DNA of 64,000 nucleotides from an uncultured delta proteobacterium (GCA_963776345.1 CAVZMH010000017.1:128001-192000), one strand, 5' to 3'; positions 54,832 through 64,000 are shown, numbered from the stretch's first letter. The notes: a model not told the origin generated them from the letters alone. Numbers and translations are program-made.

Positions 54832-56730
54832 ATGCGGCTGGTGAAGATCGGCCTCGCCTCGGTGAACACCACGGTGGGCGCCACCCACGCCAATGTGGAG
54901 CGTGCGCTGCGCTTTGCGCGCGAGATGGCCGCCGCCGGGGTGACGCTTGCCGCCTACCCCGAGCAGGTGGTGGGCGGATACCCGCCCGAGGACCTCATCC
55001 AGTGGCAGGGCTTCGTCGAGGACCAGTGGCGCGCGCTGGAGCGCTTCGCCGAGGCGACCCGCGACCAGGCCACGGTGCACGTCCTCGGGGTGGCGGTGCT
55101 GCACCAGGGGCTCCGCTACAACTGCGCGGCCATCGTGGCCGGCGGGCGCATCCGCGGGCTGGTGCCCAAGGAGAAGCTGCCGACCTACAGCATCTATTAC
55201 GAGGGCCGCACCTTCGACCGCGGGTTCCCCTACCAGCGCGACGAGCACCGGGGCGTGCCGTTCGGAGATCTCGTGTTCCGGTTCGACTTCGGGGTCGTCG
55301 CGCCGGAGGTCTGCGAGGACGCCTGGACCGCCGAGTGCCCGATGCGCCGGCGCACCTACTCGGGGGCGGAGATGGTGGTGAACATCTCCGGCTCGGCCTT
55401 CCGGGTGGGGACGGACCAGACCCGGCGGGAGATGCTCGTCACCCGCGCGGCGGACCACCAGTGCACGCTGGCCTACGTCAACCTGGTCGGCGGCAACGAC
55501 GGGCTGCTCTTCGACGGCGGGGGCTTCGTCGTCCAGAACGGCAAGCCGATGCTCGACGCGCCCAGGTGGCGGGAGGGCTGGGAGGCGACCACGGTCGACC
55601 TCGACCGCACCCTGCGGCTCCGCAGCGAGAACACCACCTGGCGTCAGGACCACGCGGCCTGGGCCACCTCGCACCGGCCGGTGCCGACCGTCGAGATCCC
55701 GGAGAGCGAGTTCCGCACCCGGCGGGAGGCGCTGACCTACCCGGTGCCGGCGCACGGAAGCTTCTTCCTCCCCGGCCCGGAGACACACGTCCCGGCCAGG
55801 ACGCGCTACTGCGAGGACGTGCTCGACGCGCTGGCGATGGGCGTCGGCGACTACTTCGAGAAGAACCGGGTCTTCCGCAACATCGGGGTGGCGCTGTCGG
55901 GCGGGCGGGACTCGCTGCTCACGCTCCTCGTCGCCCACCGCTGGGCCTCGCGCAAGAAGCCCGAGGCGCCGGGGAGCCTGCTCCGCGCCTTCTACATGCC
56001 CAGCCGCTACTCCTCGGCCGAGACGGAGAAGGCGGCGCGGACCGTCTGCGAGGAGCTCGGGGTGCCGCTCCGGGTGGTGAGCATCGACGCGGCCTTCGAG
56101 CGCGAGCTGGAGGCGGTGCGGGCCATGCTCCAGCCCGGCGAGACGGTGACCCCGCTCACCGAGCAGAACGTGCAGGCCCGCATCCGCGGGCAGCGGATGT
56201 GGAGCTGGAGCAACTCCTCGGGCGGGCTGTTCCTCCAGACCGGGAACATGAGCGAGCGGGCCGTCGGCTACACCACCGTGGGCGGCGACCTCGAGGGGGC
56301 GCTGGCGGTCATCGCCAACCTCCCCAAGACCGTGGTGATGGTGCTGCTCGACCACCTCCAGGAGGTCCACCCGCTGGAGGGCATCCGGCTGGTGCTCCAG
56401 AGTCCGCCCGGCCCGGAGCTGGCGCCGAACCAGGTGGGCGAGGAGGAGCTGATGCCCTTCCGGGTGCTGGACGCCTGCTTCCACCTCTTCGCCGACGAGA
56501 AGCTGCTGCCCGAGGAGGTCGAGCAGGTGGTGGGCGCGATGTTCCCCGACCTGTCGAAGGACACCGTGCACGGGTACGTCACCCGGTTCGTGAGGATGTT
56601 CCTCGCCAGCATCTACAAGTGGGTGCAGGCGCCGCTGTCGCTCCACATCGGCAACCTGGACCTCGACCGCGAGCGTGCGCTGCAGCTCCCGGTGGTCACC
56701 AGCTCCGAGTGGGCGCTGAAGAAGAAGTGA
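54832..56730 (+). CDS. nadE: glutamine-dependent NAD+ synthetase
   Basis: Nitrilase domain (YPE, KEKLPTY, CED) plus SGGRDS, QNVQARIR, TGNMSE. Confidence 0.95.
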   Translation: MRLVKIGLASVNTTVGATHANVERALRFAREMAAAGVTLAAYPEQVVGGYPPEDLIQWQGFVEDQWRALERFAEATRDQATVHVLGVAVLHQGLRYNCAAIVAGGRIRGLVPKEKLPTYSIYYEGRTFDRGFPYQRDEHRGVPFGDLVFRFDFGVVAPEVCEDAWTAECPMRRRTYSGAEMVVNISGSAFRVGTDQTRREMLVTRAADHQCTLAYVNLVGGNDGLLFDGGGFVVQNGKPMLDAPRWREGWEATTVDLDRTLRLRSENTTWRQDHAAWATSHRPVPTVEIPESEFRTRREALTYPVPAHGSFFLPGPETHVPARTRYCEDVLDALAMGVGDYFEKNRVFRNIGVALSGGRDSLLTLLVAHRWASRKKPEAPGSLLRAFYMPSRYSSAETEKAARTVCEELGVPLRVVSIDAAFERELEAVRAMLQPGETVTPLTEQNVQARIRGQRMWSWSNSSGGLFLQTGNMSERAVGYTTVGGDLEGALAVIANLPKTVVMVLLDHLQEVHPLEGIRLVLQSPPGPELAPNQVGEEELMPFRVLDACFHLFADEKLLPEEVEQVVGAMFPDLSKDTVHGYVTRFVRMFLASIYKWVQAPLSLHIGNLDLDRERALQLPVVTSSEWALKKK

Positions 56731-57299
56731 CCTCGACCCGGCCGGTCCCCACCACGCTGGACTGGCTGCGGGTCAACGTGGCCATCGGCACGCTGAGCTT
56801 CGGGTCGGCGAGCCGCATCGTCCTCTACGAGGACGCGGTGGTGCGCGACCACGGGTGGCTGCCGGCCGACGAGTTCGCCGAGGTGCTCACCGTGGCCCAG
56901 CTGCTCCCCGGGCCCAATCTGGTGAACCTCTCGGCGTACCTCGGATACCGGCTGGTGGGCCCGCTGGGCGCGGTGCTGGGCGTCCTCTGCCTCTGTCTGC
57001 CGGGGGCCGCGCTGGCGGTCGGCCTCTCCGGCGTGCTGGCGGTGGAAAGGCCCTGGGTGCAGGGCCCTCTCCGGGGGATGGCGGTGGCGGGCATCGTGCT
57101 GCTCGGCCCCTTCTTCCGGCGGCTCTTGCCGGGGCTGGGGAGCACCCCGGACCCGGCCGTGCCGGCACGGACGCGGGTGCGGGTGGTCCGCAGCGCGCTG
57201 CTGGCGGGCGTCGCGACGGCGACGCTCTCGGGGGCCTCGCTCTTCGCCGTGCTCGGGCTGGCCATTCCCGTGGCGCTCTTTCTGGAGTTCGCCCTGTGA
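56727..57299 (+). CDS. short-chain chromate transporter, first subunit
   Basis: SFG, AQLLPGPNLVN; GTGA overlap with nadE. Confidence 0.85.
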   Translation: MTSTRPVPTTLDWLRVNVAIGTLSFGSASRIVLYEDAVVRDHGWLPADEFAEVLTVAQLLPGPNLVNLSAYLGYRLVGPLGAVLGVLCLCLPGAALAVGLSGVLAVERPWVQGPLRGMAVAGIVLLGPFFRRLLPGLGSTPDPAVPARTRVRVVRSALLAGVATATLSGASLFAVLGLAIPVALFLEFAL

Positions 57300-58087
57300 A
57301 GCTGCTCGGGCTCTTCTGGATCTTCTTCCGGCTGGGGCTGGTCTCCTTCGGGGGAGTGTTCGCGGTCCTGCCGGAGCTGCAGCGGGCGCTGGTGGACCAG
57401 GGCTTCGTCACGTCCGAGGGGTTCGTCCAGGCCTTCGTGCTGGGGCAGGTGGTGCCCGGGCCGAACATGGCCATGTGCCCCGTGATTGGCTGGCACGTGG
57501 CCGGGCTTCCCGGCGCCGTGGTCGCCTTCGTCGGCATCTACACGGGACCGGTGGCCATCATGGGCGCGGCGTACGCCGTCTACCACCGGTGGCGGCGCGT
57601 GACCTGGGTGCGGCGGCTCGAGCTTGCGATGCGCCCGGTGGTGCTCGGACTGCTCGGGGCCTCTGCCCTGTCGCTGCTCTGGTCCTCGAGTTCGCCCTGT
57701 GAAGCTTCTGGCGCTGTTCTGGATCTTCTTCCGGCTCGGGCTGGTGAGCTTCGGGAGCGTCTTCGCCGTGCTTCCCGAGCTGCAGCGGGCGCTGGTGGAC
57801 CAGGGGTTCATCACGCCGGAGGGGTTCGTCCAGGCGTTCGTGCTCGGCCAGGTGGTGCCGGGGCCGAACATGGCGATGTGCACCGTCATCGGCTGGCACG
57901 TCGCCGGCCTCGCGGGCGCCGTGGTCGCCTTCGTCGGGATCTACAGCGGCCCGGTGGCGATCATGGGCGGGGCGTACGCCGTGTACCACCGCTGGCGGGG
58001 CGTGATCTGGGTGCGGCGGCTCGAGCTGGCGCTCCGGCCGGTGGTGCTGGGGCTGCTCGCGGCCTCGGCGGCGTCGCTCCTGTGGAC
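57285..58087. repeat. diverged 403-bp tandem duplication
   Basis: GAGTTCGCCCTGTGAAGCT at 57285 and 57688; the copies are colinear. Confidence 0.9.
57296..57684 (+). pseudogene. truncated duplicate of chromate transporter second subunit
   Basis: 129 aa with 13 differences from the next gene; lacks the last ~46 aa and runs out of frame to 58273. Confidence 0.75.
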
Positions 58088-58226
58088 CGCGGCGGGGAAG
58101 CAGCACCTGCTCGCGCTGGGCGTCGCGCTGGTGGTCGGCGTGCTCGCGGTGAGGACGCGGCTCGGAGCGCTCGCGCTTCTCTTCGTCGGCGGCCTGGCGT
58201 GGTCGCTGGGTCAGGCGGCGCTCTGA
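57699..58226 (+). CDS. short-chain chromate transporter, second subunit (intact)
   Basis: SFG, GQVVPGPN, RPVVLGLL; complete TM C-terminus. Confidence 0.85.
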   Translation: MKLLALFWIFFRLGLVSFGSVFAVLPELQRALVDQGFITPEGFVQAFVLGQVVPGPNMAMCTVIGWHVAGLAGAVVAFVGIYSGPVAIMGGAYAVYHRWRGVIWVRRLELALRPVVLGLLAASAASLLWTAAGKQHLLALGVALVVGVLAVRTRLGALALLFVGGLAWSLGQAAL

Positions 58227-58250
58227 GCGCGGACGGGGCCTGGGGGATCG

Positions 58251-58859
58251 TCAGTCCTCGACGATGGTGGTGACCTTCGCCAGGACCTCGTCGAGCACGC
58301 CGCGGAGCTTGCGCATGGTGCCGGGGGTGAGCCGACCGCGGCGGGCGGCGCGGCGGAGCACCCGGAAGAGCTGCGCGGCCCGCTGCATCAGATCGGCGAG
58401 ATCCTCGGCGCTCTCGGCCCATCCCGCCGCGCCGGAGCGCTCGTAGAATTCCTCCACCTCCGCGCGGTGCTCCTGGAGGTCCCGCTGACCCTCGGGCGTG
58501 ATGGCGTAGGTGCGCCGTCCGTCGTCCTCGGTGCCGCGGACGTGGCGCAGCTCCTCCAGCATCTGCAGCGTGGGGTAGATGACCCCGGGGCTCGGCCGGT
58601 ACGTCTGACCGCTGCGCTCCTCGATGGCCTGCATGATCTCGTAGCCGTGCCGGGGCTGCTTCTCCAGCGCGTCGAGCACCAGGTACCGGACTGCTCCTCG
58701 CTCCGCCCGCGGCGGCGGACCTCCGAACATGTCCCACCACTCGTGCCGTCCACCGGGGCCCCGTCGCCCCCACGGGCTCCGCCCCATGAACATGCCGGGG
58801 TGCCATCCCCACGGATCTCCGGGTCGCATCGCGCACTCCTTGCCGGACTCGCCGGCCAT
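58251..58859 (-). CDS. PadR-family transcriptional regulator
   Basis: PRHGYEIM..IEE, PSPGVIYPTL..LEE, Y.ITPEG; G/R/W-rich N-terminus. Confidence 0.93.
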   Translation of the reverse strand: MAGESGKECAMRPGDPWGWHPGMFMGRSPWGRRGPGGRHEWWDMFGGPPPRAERGAVRYLVLDALEKQPRHGYEIMQAIEERSGQTYRPSPGVIYPTLQMLEELRHVRGTEDDGRRTYAITPEGQRDLQEHRAEVEEFYERSGAAGWAESAEDLADLMQRAAQLFRVLRRAARRGRLTPGTMRKLRGVLDEVLAKVTTIVED

Positions 58860-58861
58860 GC

Positions 58862-58897
58862 CGACACATCGGAAGATGTGTCTTGTAGATATGTCTA
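58862..58897. promoter_or_regulatory. putative PadR autoregulatory operator
   Basis: Perfect inverted repeat GACACATC-GGAA-GATGTGTC plus TAGATATGTCTA. Confidence 0.65.
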
Positions 58898-59005
58898 TAG
58901 CAACGTTCTGTCCGCCGCGCCACGGGGAGCGCGCGGGCCGGCTCCGGCACGACGAGGCGCGCCGGAGCTACCCGGCGCTCGGCACGACGCCGTGACTCCG
59001 CAGAG

Positions 59006-60097
59006 CTAGAGGGCCAGCTCCTTCACCGGGACTTCCTTGTAGGTGAACTCCCGCGTCCAGTCGGAGCTCTGCTTTCCGTCGATCTCCACGTAGGCCTTGA
59101 CCAGGGAGTTGGCGGGCCCCTCATCTTGCGGAGGCTCGAAGACCAGATCACGCCCCGTCGACCACACCACCCGGCGCTCGTCGATGTTGCCGAAGTAGTA
59201 GTCGACCTTGCTCCGGTCCAGGCCCTTGTATCCGGTGGCGGTGGTCAGCTCGACCAGCTTCTTGTTCTTGTCGGTGATCGGGAATTCCTTGCCGTAGATG
59301 TTGGCCAGCGAGACATCGAGCGGCACCCAACCCACCCGCGGCGCGTAGAACTGGATCCAGCAGTGGTAGCTGCCGTCGACGGCGATCCCGTTCAGGGTCG
59401 GCTTCAGCAGCGACCCGTAGATCATCCTGGTGGGGATCCCGGAGGCCATCGCCAGCGAGGCGAAGAGGGAGTGGAAATCGGTGCAGTTCCCGGTCTTGGT
59501 GTTCAGGCAGTACTCGGTGCTCCCCACCGGCGACGCCTTGAGGTGGTCGGGATCCTTCACCCAGTAGTCGACGTTCTGCAGCGTCCAGTCGTAGATCTTC
59601 CGCGACGCCTTGATCGGGTTGGTCTCGTTGCCCACGATCGACGCGGCGAGCGCCTTGACCCGGTCGTTCACCACCACGTGGGTGGTGGGCTGGAGGTAGC
59701 GGGCCAGGGCGGTTCGCTCCCAGTCGGAGAGGGGCCGGGTGGCGGAGGGATCGGTCGCGGTCCGCATCTCGGTCCGCACCAGGTCGAACTCCTCGCGGAT
59801 CGACACCTTGTCCGCGGCCGGCGACTTCAGCTCGAGATAGCCGACCCGGTTCCCACCCGAGTCGTCCTCGACGGCGATCTTCCCCGCATCGGCGGTCAAG
59901 GTGAGGTTCTTGATGGTGGACCAGGCATCCTCCTGGGGCATCGCGAACCAGACCCGGACGCGCTGCGCCCCCTTGGGAACCTTCACCGTGAAGGTGTTCT
60001 TGACGTGGAATCCCGCTTGCTTCGGCGCATCGGCGGCCAGTGCCGAGGCGGCGAGCAGAACGGACGACAGCATCACCAGCCGACCCTGACGCATCAC
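59006..60097 (-). CDS. exported transglutaminase-like protein
   Basis: Signal peptide (..SALA), Cys-His-Asp triad GNCTDFH / YHCW / WVPLD. Confidence 0.88.
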   Translation of the reverse strand: MMRQGRLVMLSSVLLAASALAADAPKQAGFHVKNTFTVKVPKGAQRVRVWFAMPQEDAWSTIKNLTLTADAGKIAVEDDSGGNRVGYLELKSPAADKVSIREEFDLVRTEMRTATDPSATRPLSDWERTALARYLQPTTHVVVNDRVKALAASIVGNETNPIKASRKIYDWTLQNVDYWVKDPDHLKASPVGSTEYCLNTKTGNCTDFHSLFASLAMASGIPTRMIYGSLLKPTLNGIAVDGSYHCWIQFYAPRVGWVPLDVSLANIYGKEFPITDKNKKLVELTTATGYKGLDRSKVDYYFGNIDERRVVWSTGRDLVFEPPQDEGPANSLVKAYVEIDGKQSSDWTREFTYKEVPVKELAL

Positions 60098-61608
60098 GGT
60101 CCTCCTCCGTCACGAAGTCGCCGTGCCGCCTCGGCGATGACCCTGAGCTTCGCGGCGGCAACCGAATCCGAAGCGAGGGGATTGTCGGCAAAGGTGGCAA
60201 AGCCACAATCGGGGGTGAAGAGCACCCGGTCGCGCCCGAGCAGGTCCACCGCCCGGTTCGCCCGGGCCAGGACCTCGTCGACGCCCTCCACCCGCGACGA
60301 CTTCTGGTTCACCAGCCCCACCCCGATGCGCTTGTCGGGCGGAATTTCCCGGAGCAGCGCCATCTCTCCGGCCCGCGGCGTGGCCAGCTCGAGCAGCAGC
60401 GTCCCCACCGGGGCCTGGCGGAGGAGCGGAAGGAGCGGCCGGTAGTCGCCGGCGAGGGCCACGCTCTCGTCGGGCGTCCAGTTCCCCCGACAGACGTGCA
60501 TCGCCAGCCGCTCGCGCGGCAGCCCGCGGGTGACCGCGGTCAGCAGCTCCAGGGCGAACCCCAGCTCCTCCGCTGCGTCTCGACGGGCGCCGAGCGCTCC
60601 GCACATGAACGAGCGCTGGGCCCGGGGGGTCCCGAAGACGACCTCGCTCAGCACCGGCTCGTCGAGCTGCACCAGCGCCGCCCCGGCGTCGAGCAGCTCC
60701 ACCACCTCGGCCCGGAGCGCGTCCACCACGTCGGTGGCGAGCTCCTCCCGGGTGGCGTAGGTCCGCTCCGAGACGCACTCCAGGAACATGGTCCGGGTGA
60801 GGAGGTACGGCCCGGGCAGCGCCACCTTGACCGCGGCGCCCGGCGCCAGGGCCTGCACGAAGCGGAGCTCGTGGAGGGCCAGAGGGCGCGTCCGCCGGAT
60901 CGGACCGAAGACGGCCGGGTGACGCACGCGCTCTGCCGGGACGTCCAGGGAGCGGAGCTCCTCCCGGAACTCCTCCGGGTCGTCGACGTAGGGAAGGAGG
61001 TCGGTGATCGGAACCAGCTGGCAACCGTCGAGGAGGCCTCCGACGAAGCTGGCGTAGTTGTCGCGCCGCTGCTCCCCGTCGGTCAGCACGTCCACCCCGG
61101 CCTCCCGCTGGGCGCTCACCGCGAGGCGGACGGCGTCGTCGGCGGTCCGCTCGAACTCCTCGTCCGGGAGCCGGCGCTCGAGGTGCTCGTGGAGCGCCTG
61201 CAGCATCCACCGCGGCCGGGGCCAGCTCCCGATGCCCATCACCGCCAGCGGGGGAATGGGAGGGGCGGGGACCTTCGCCGGTGGGACGGGCGAGGGCTCC
61301 ACCGTCGCCGGACGGGCCACGGCCGGTCGCGGTTCGGGCGGGGTGACTCCAGCGCTCCGGCCGAAGGCCCCCTTGCTCACCAGGAAGCTCGATTCCTTCC
61401 CTTCCCGGAAGCGGGAGACGAGCTCGTTCCCCGTCATCCGGCACCAGGCGGGCAGCTCCTCGTCCACCGAGATCTCGCGCGAGCGGATCTCCAGCAGCTC
61501 TCCAGGCGCGAGGGGGTCGATGTGCTTGCGGATCAGGAGCAGCAGGCCGTTGCCGCAGTCGAGGTCGCCCCCGTCGAAGCTGGCCTTGGGCGGGAAGGGG
61601 TGGCCCAT
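60094..61608 (-). CDS. TusA-like domain fused to cobalamin-independent methionine synthase-like Zn domain
   Basis: N-terminal FDGGDLDCG...WCRMTG; Pro linker; GSWPRP, TDGEQRR, QLDEP, HVCRGN, LEL, PDCG. Confidence 0.88.
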   Translation of the reverse strand: MGHPFPPKASFDGGDLDCGNGLLLLIRKHIDPLAPGELLEIRSREISVDEELPAWCRMTGNELVSRFREGKESSFLVSKGAFGRSAGVTPPEPRPAVARPATVEPSPVPPAKVPAPPIPPLAVMGIGSWPRPRWMLQALHEHLERRLPDEEFERTADDAVRLAVSAQREAGVDVLTDGEQRRDNYASFVGGLLDGCQLVPITDLLPYVDDPEEFREELRSLDVPAERVRHPAVFGPIRRTRPLALHELRFVQALAPGAAVKVALPGPYLLTRTMFLECVSERTYATREELATDVVDALRAEVVELLDAGAALVQLDEPVLSEVVFGTPRAQRSFMCGALGARRDAAEELGFALELLTAVTRGLPRERLAMHVCRGNWTPDESVALAGDYRPLLPLLRQAPVGTLLLELATPRAGEMALLREIPPDKRIGVGLVNQKSSRVEGVDEVLARANRAVDLLGRDRVLFTPDCGFATFADNPLASDSVAAAKLRVIAEAARRLRDGGGP

Positions 61609-61622
61609 CGCCGTCCGGGCCC

Positions 61623-61985
61623 CTAGTAGCTCACGCAGGGACTGCCCTCGGAGAGGAACTCCACCAGCTTGGCGCCGCCCACCACCGTGGCGCCCTCGAC
61701 CAGCCTGGTCTCGTCGAGCCCGCGCTTCTTGAAGCAGGGCGAGCAGACGAAGATCTTGCCCCCCGCCTTCACGAAGTTGCCCATCAGCTCGGCGAGGGGG
61801 GCGAATCCCTGCTCGTGGATGTCCGCGGCGTAGCCCTGCTGCGAGAGCCGCACCCCCTCGATGCTGAGGAAGACCATCGTCTCCTTGTCCGAGGCGACGG
61901 CGGCGTTGGCGACCACGAAGGCCACGGTGGCCTTGTCGGTGTCGTTCTTGGCGTAGCTGAGGCTCACACAGAACCGCTTGCTCAT
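61623..61985 (-). CDS. DsrE/DsrF-like protein
   Basis: FLSIEGV, VCSPCFKKRG, GA..VGG; ATGA overlap with tusA-like gene. Confidence 0.88.
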   Translation of the reverse strand: MSKRFCVSLSYAKNDTDKATVAFVVANAAVASDKETMVFLSIEGVRLSQQGYAADIHEQGFAPLAELMGNFVKAGGKIFVCSPCFKKRGLDETRLVEGATVVGGAKLVEFLSEGSPCVSY

Positions 61986-62245
61986 GGCGTGCTCCTTCGT
62001 TCGATGAGGTAGTGGGGAGGGTTCGCCTCCAGGAGGCGATGACCGGTCATCCGGCACCAGGCCGGGAGGTCCTCCGGCGCGCCGGGGTCGTGCGCCACGA
62101 CCCGCAGACGCTGCCCCGGCGACAGCGCAGCGAGCTTGTTGCGCAGCAGGAGGACGAGCTCACCGCAGCCGGTGTGGCCGGCATCCCACTCGGCGTGGGG
62201 ACTCAGGTCTGCGGCGCGACCCGGCGCCGCATCGAGCGGAGTCAC
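61982..62245 (-). CDS. TusA-family sulfur carrier
   Basis: WDAGHTGCGEL, L.PGQ.L.V...DPGA.EDLPAWCRMTGH. Confidence 0.88.
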   Translation of the reverse strand: MTPLDAAPGRAADLSPHAEWDAGHTGCGELVLLLRNKLAALSPGQRLRVVAHDPGAPEDLPAWCRMTGHRLLEANPPHYLIERRSTP

Positions 62246-62360
62246 AACCGTCTCCGGGGCGCTCGAGGACGCATGGGAGGCGATGTTCTACCAACGCACT
62301 CGAACGAGCGGCAAGGAACACTCGCTGCCATCGCAGCGCGTCAACCGCGCCGGACCGTGG

Positions 62361-62846
62361 TCAGCGCCGGTGGACGCTGCGGTCCCGGCCGGCCTGCTTG
62401 GCGCGGATGCAGGCCGCCTCGGCCGCCTCGAGCAGGTTGCCCCACGGTTCGGACGGACGGAGCGACGCCACCCCCACGCTGACCGTCGCCATCACGCAGG
62501 GGTCCGCCCGCGCTGCCCCCCGGAGCCGGTCCGCCAGCGCGCAGGCCCGCGCGAGCGCCCACCCCGGGAGCAGGAGCGCGAAGGTGTCCGACCCCAGCCG
62601 CCCGATGGGCCCCGCCCCGCTGCACTCGGCCGAGATGCGCTGGGCGAGCGCCTCGAGGCAGCTGTCCGCGGCCAGGTCGCCCCGCACGTCCCGGAGGGCC
62701 TGGAACTCGTCCACGTCCACCACCAGCAGGCTGCACGGCTGCGCCGCCCGGCGCGCCACCTGGACCGCGAACGCCACCTCGCGCTCGAACGCCTGCCGCG
62801 TGTAGACGCCGGTCTCGAGGTCCAGCTCCACCACGCGGGCGCTCAT
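62361..62846 (-). CDS. stand-alone degenerate GGDEF domain protein
   Basis: D.ETG, VDVDEF, RLGSDTF, TVSVGVA, AKQAGRDR. Confidence 0.85.
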   Translation of the reverse strand: MSARVVELDLETGVYTRQAFEREVAFAVQVARRAAQPCSLLVVDVDEFQALRDVRGDLAADSCLEALAQRISAECSGAGPIGRLGSDTFALLLPGWALARACALADRLRGAARADPCVMATVSVGVASLRPSEPWGNLLEAAEAACIRAKQAGRDRSVHRR

Positions 62847-63466
62847 GGCGCGCTCGCTCCCGAGGCGGCCCGGGTCTTGGCCGCGGCGCGCACGAACCCG
62901 TCGTACTGCCGGAGCGCCGCCTCTCCCACCAGCTGGATGTGGTGGTTGTTGAGCCAGGCGGTGATGGGCGCGGCCACCAGCGGCATCGCCCGGCCGATCG
63001 AGGCGAACCCGCCGCGCTCGGCGAGCACCGCCGCCACCTTGCCCAGCACCCTGGGCCCGGAGCGCCGGAGCGGACCGACCCCGTTCGCCTCGCCGAGGAC
63101 GCCCAGCAGCTCGGTCCGCGCGCGCCCGAAGCGGAGATCCACCTCGTACGCGGTGGCGATGTCGGCCAGCATCCGGATCTGCAGCCAGGCCATCACCAGG
63201 AGGTCCGCCGGCACGCTCACCAGCCCGAACACGCCGCTGACCGACCCGCTGAGCGAGGCCAGGCCCTTGGTCGACTCGATGGCGTGCTGCCCCAGCTCGC
63301 GTGGGCCGGCGGACGGGTAGCGCGTCCGCAGCGCCTTCATCCGGGCCCGGGACCGCTTGGCCTCCAGCGCGACCACGTCCTCCATCCGGAGCGACCCCAG
63401 CCGCTGCAGGGCCGCGGGGCGGAGCTTCTTCAAGAAGGCGAGGCGTTCGCTGTCGAGCAGTCCCAC
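62843..63466 (-). CDS. EcsC-family protein
   Basis: G..SGVFGL..VPAD, IA.AY, GRAMPLV.A; ATGA overlap with the GGDEF gene. Confidence 0.7.
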   Translation of the reverse strand: MGLLDSERLAFLKKLRPAALQRLGSLRMEDVVALEAKRSRARMKALRTRYPSAGPRELGQHAIESTKGLASLSGSVSGVFGLVSVPADLLVMAWLQIRMLADIATAYEVDLRFGRARTELLGVLGEANGVGPLRRSGPRVLGKVAAVLAERGGFASIGRAMPLVAAPITAWLNNHHIQLVGEAALRQYDGFVRAAAKTRAASGASAP

Positions 63467-63579
63467 GGCGGGAGAATCCTGGCAGCGGCCCGGTGTCCCC
63501 CGCAACGGGCGAGCGAGCGTGCCGCGCAGATCGATGAACGCCGGAGCGGCCGGTGCGATTTCGCCCGACGTTCGCGCCT

Positions 63580-64000
63580 CTACGACTGCCCCAGGCGCGA
63601 GGCCACCCGGGTCGCCTCCTCGACTGCCCGGGCGAGGACCGAGCGGATGCGCCCGTCCTCCAGGGTGAGCAGCCCGGCGATGGTGCACCCGGCCGGCGTG
63701 GTCACCTGGTCCTTCAGCGCGGCGGGGTGCATCCCGGTCTGGAGCACCATCCGCGCCGACCCCTGGAGCATCTGGGCGGCAATTTCCATCGCCACGTCCC
63801 GGCGGAGGCCCATCATCACCCCGCCTTCTGCCAGCGCCTCGACGATGAGGTAGGCGAACGCCGGCCCGCTGCTGTTGAGGGCGGTCACCACGTCCATCGA
63901 CTTCTCCTCGAGCTCGAGGCAGCGGCCCACCGCCTGGAACAGCTTGATCGCGGTGTGTACGTGTGCGTCCGTGGCCAGCGGGCCGCGGGACACCACCGTC
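63580..64000 (-). CDS. proC: pyrroline-5-carboxylate reductase (5'-truncated)
   Basis: SGPAF, EALAEGGV..GL.R, LKDQVTTPAGCTI.GL. Confidence 0.93.
   Translation of the reverse strand, partial: TVVSRGPLATDAHVHTAIKLFQAVGRCLELEEKSMDVVTALNSSGPAFAYLIVEALAEGGVMMGLRRDVAMEIAAQMLQGSARMVLQTGMHPAALKDQVTTPAGCTIAGLLTLEDGRIRSVLARAVEEATRVASRLGQS

Noticed and set aside
60094..61608. Calling the fusion metE
   Set aside because: Only the catalytic half is present, fused to TusA; the substrate is unproven.

Overview
Very GC-rich chromosomal window spanning the replication origin of a myxobacterium (Myxococcota; inferred from bacM after parAB, aglRQS and the dispersed F1 ATP synthase genes). Origin block: tRNA-Gln, smr, gyrB, recF, dnaN, a putative oriC with degenerate DnaA boxes, dnaA, then rpmH-rnpA-yidD-yidC-jag, rsmG, one parS site and parA-parB-bacM. 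mnmE and mnmG are missing from their usual position, which holds an ADOP-type permease instead. Further on are egtBD, kynA, split F1 genes (atpH-kinase-atpA and atpG-atpD-orf-atpC), an Hsp70 paralog and a sigma54 two-component system. That system faces two tandem small secreted Lys-rich proteins, each with its own -24/-12 promoter. The window also holds a dynamin-like GTPase pair, a HisKA-only sensor before aglRQS, nadE-chrA with a diverged 403-bp duplication, and a coupled TusA-DsrE-(TusA::MetE-like)-transglutaminase operon. That operon is the best candidate for an undescribed system. A dispersed REP-like repeat occurs at two loci. No transposase, integrase, prophage or CRISPR array was seen. 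All calls come from reading motifs by eye; no searches were run, and several start codons are judgement calls.
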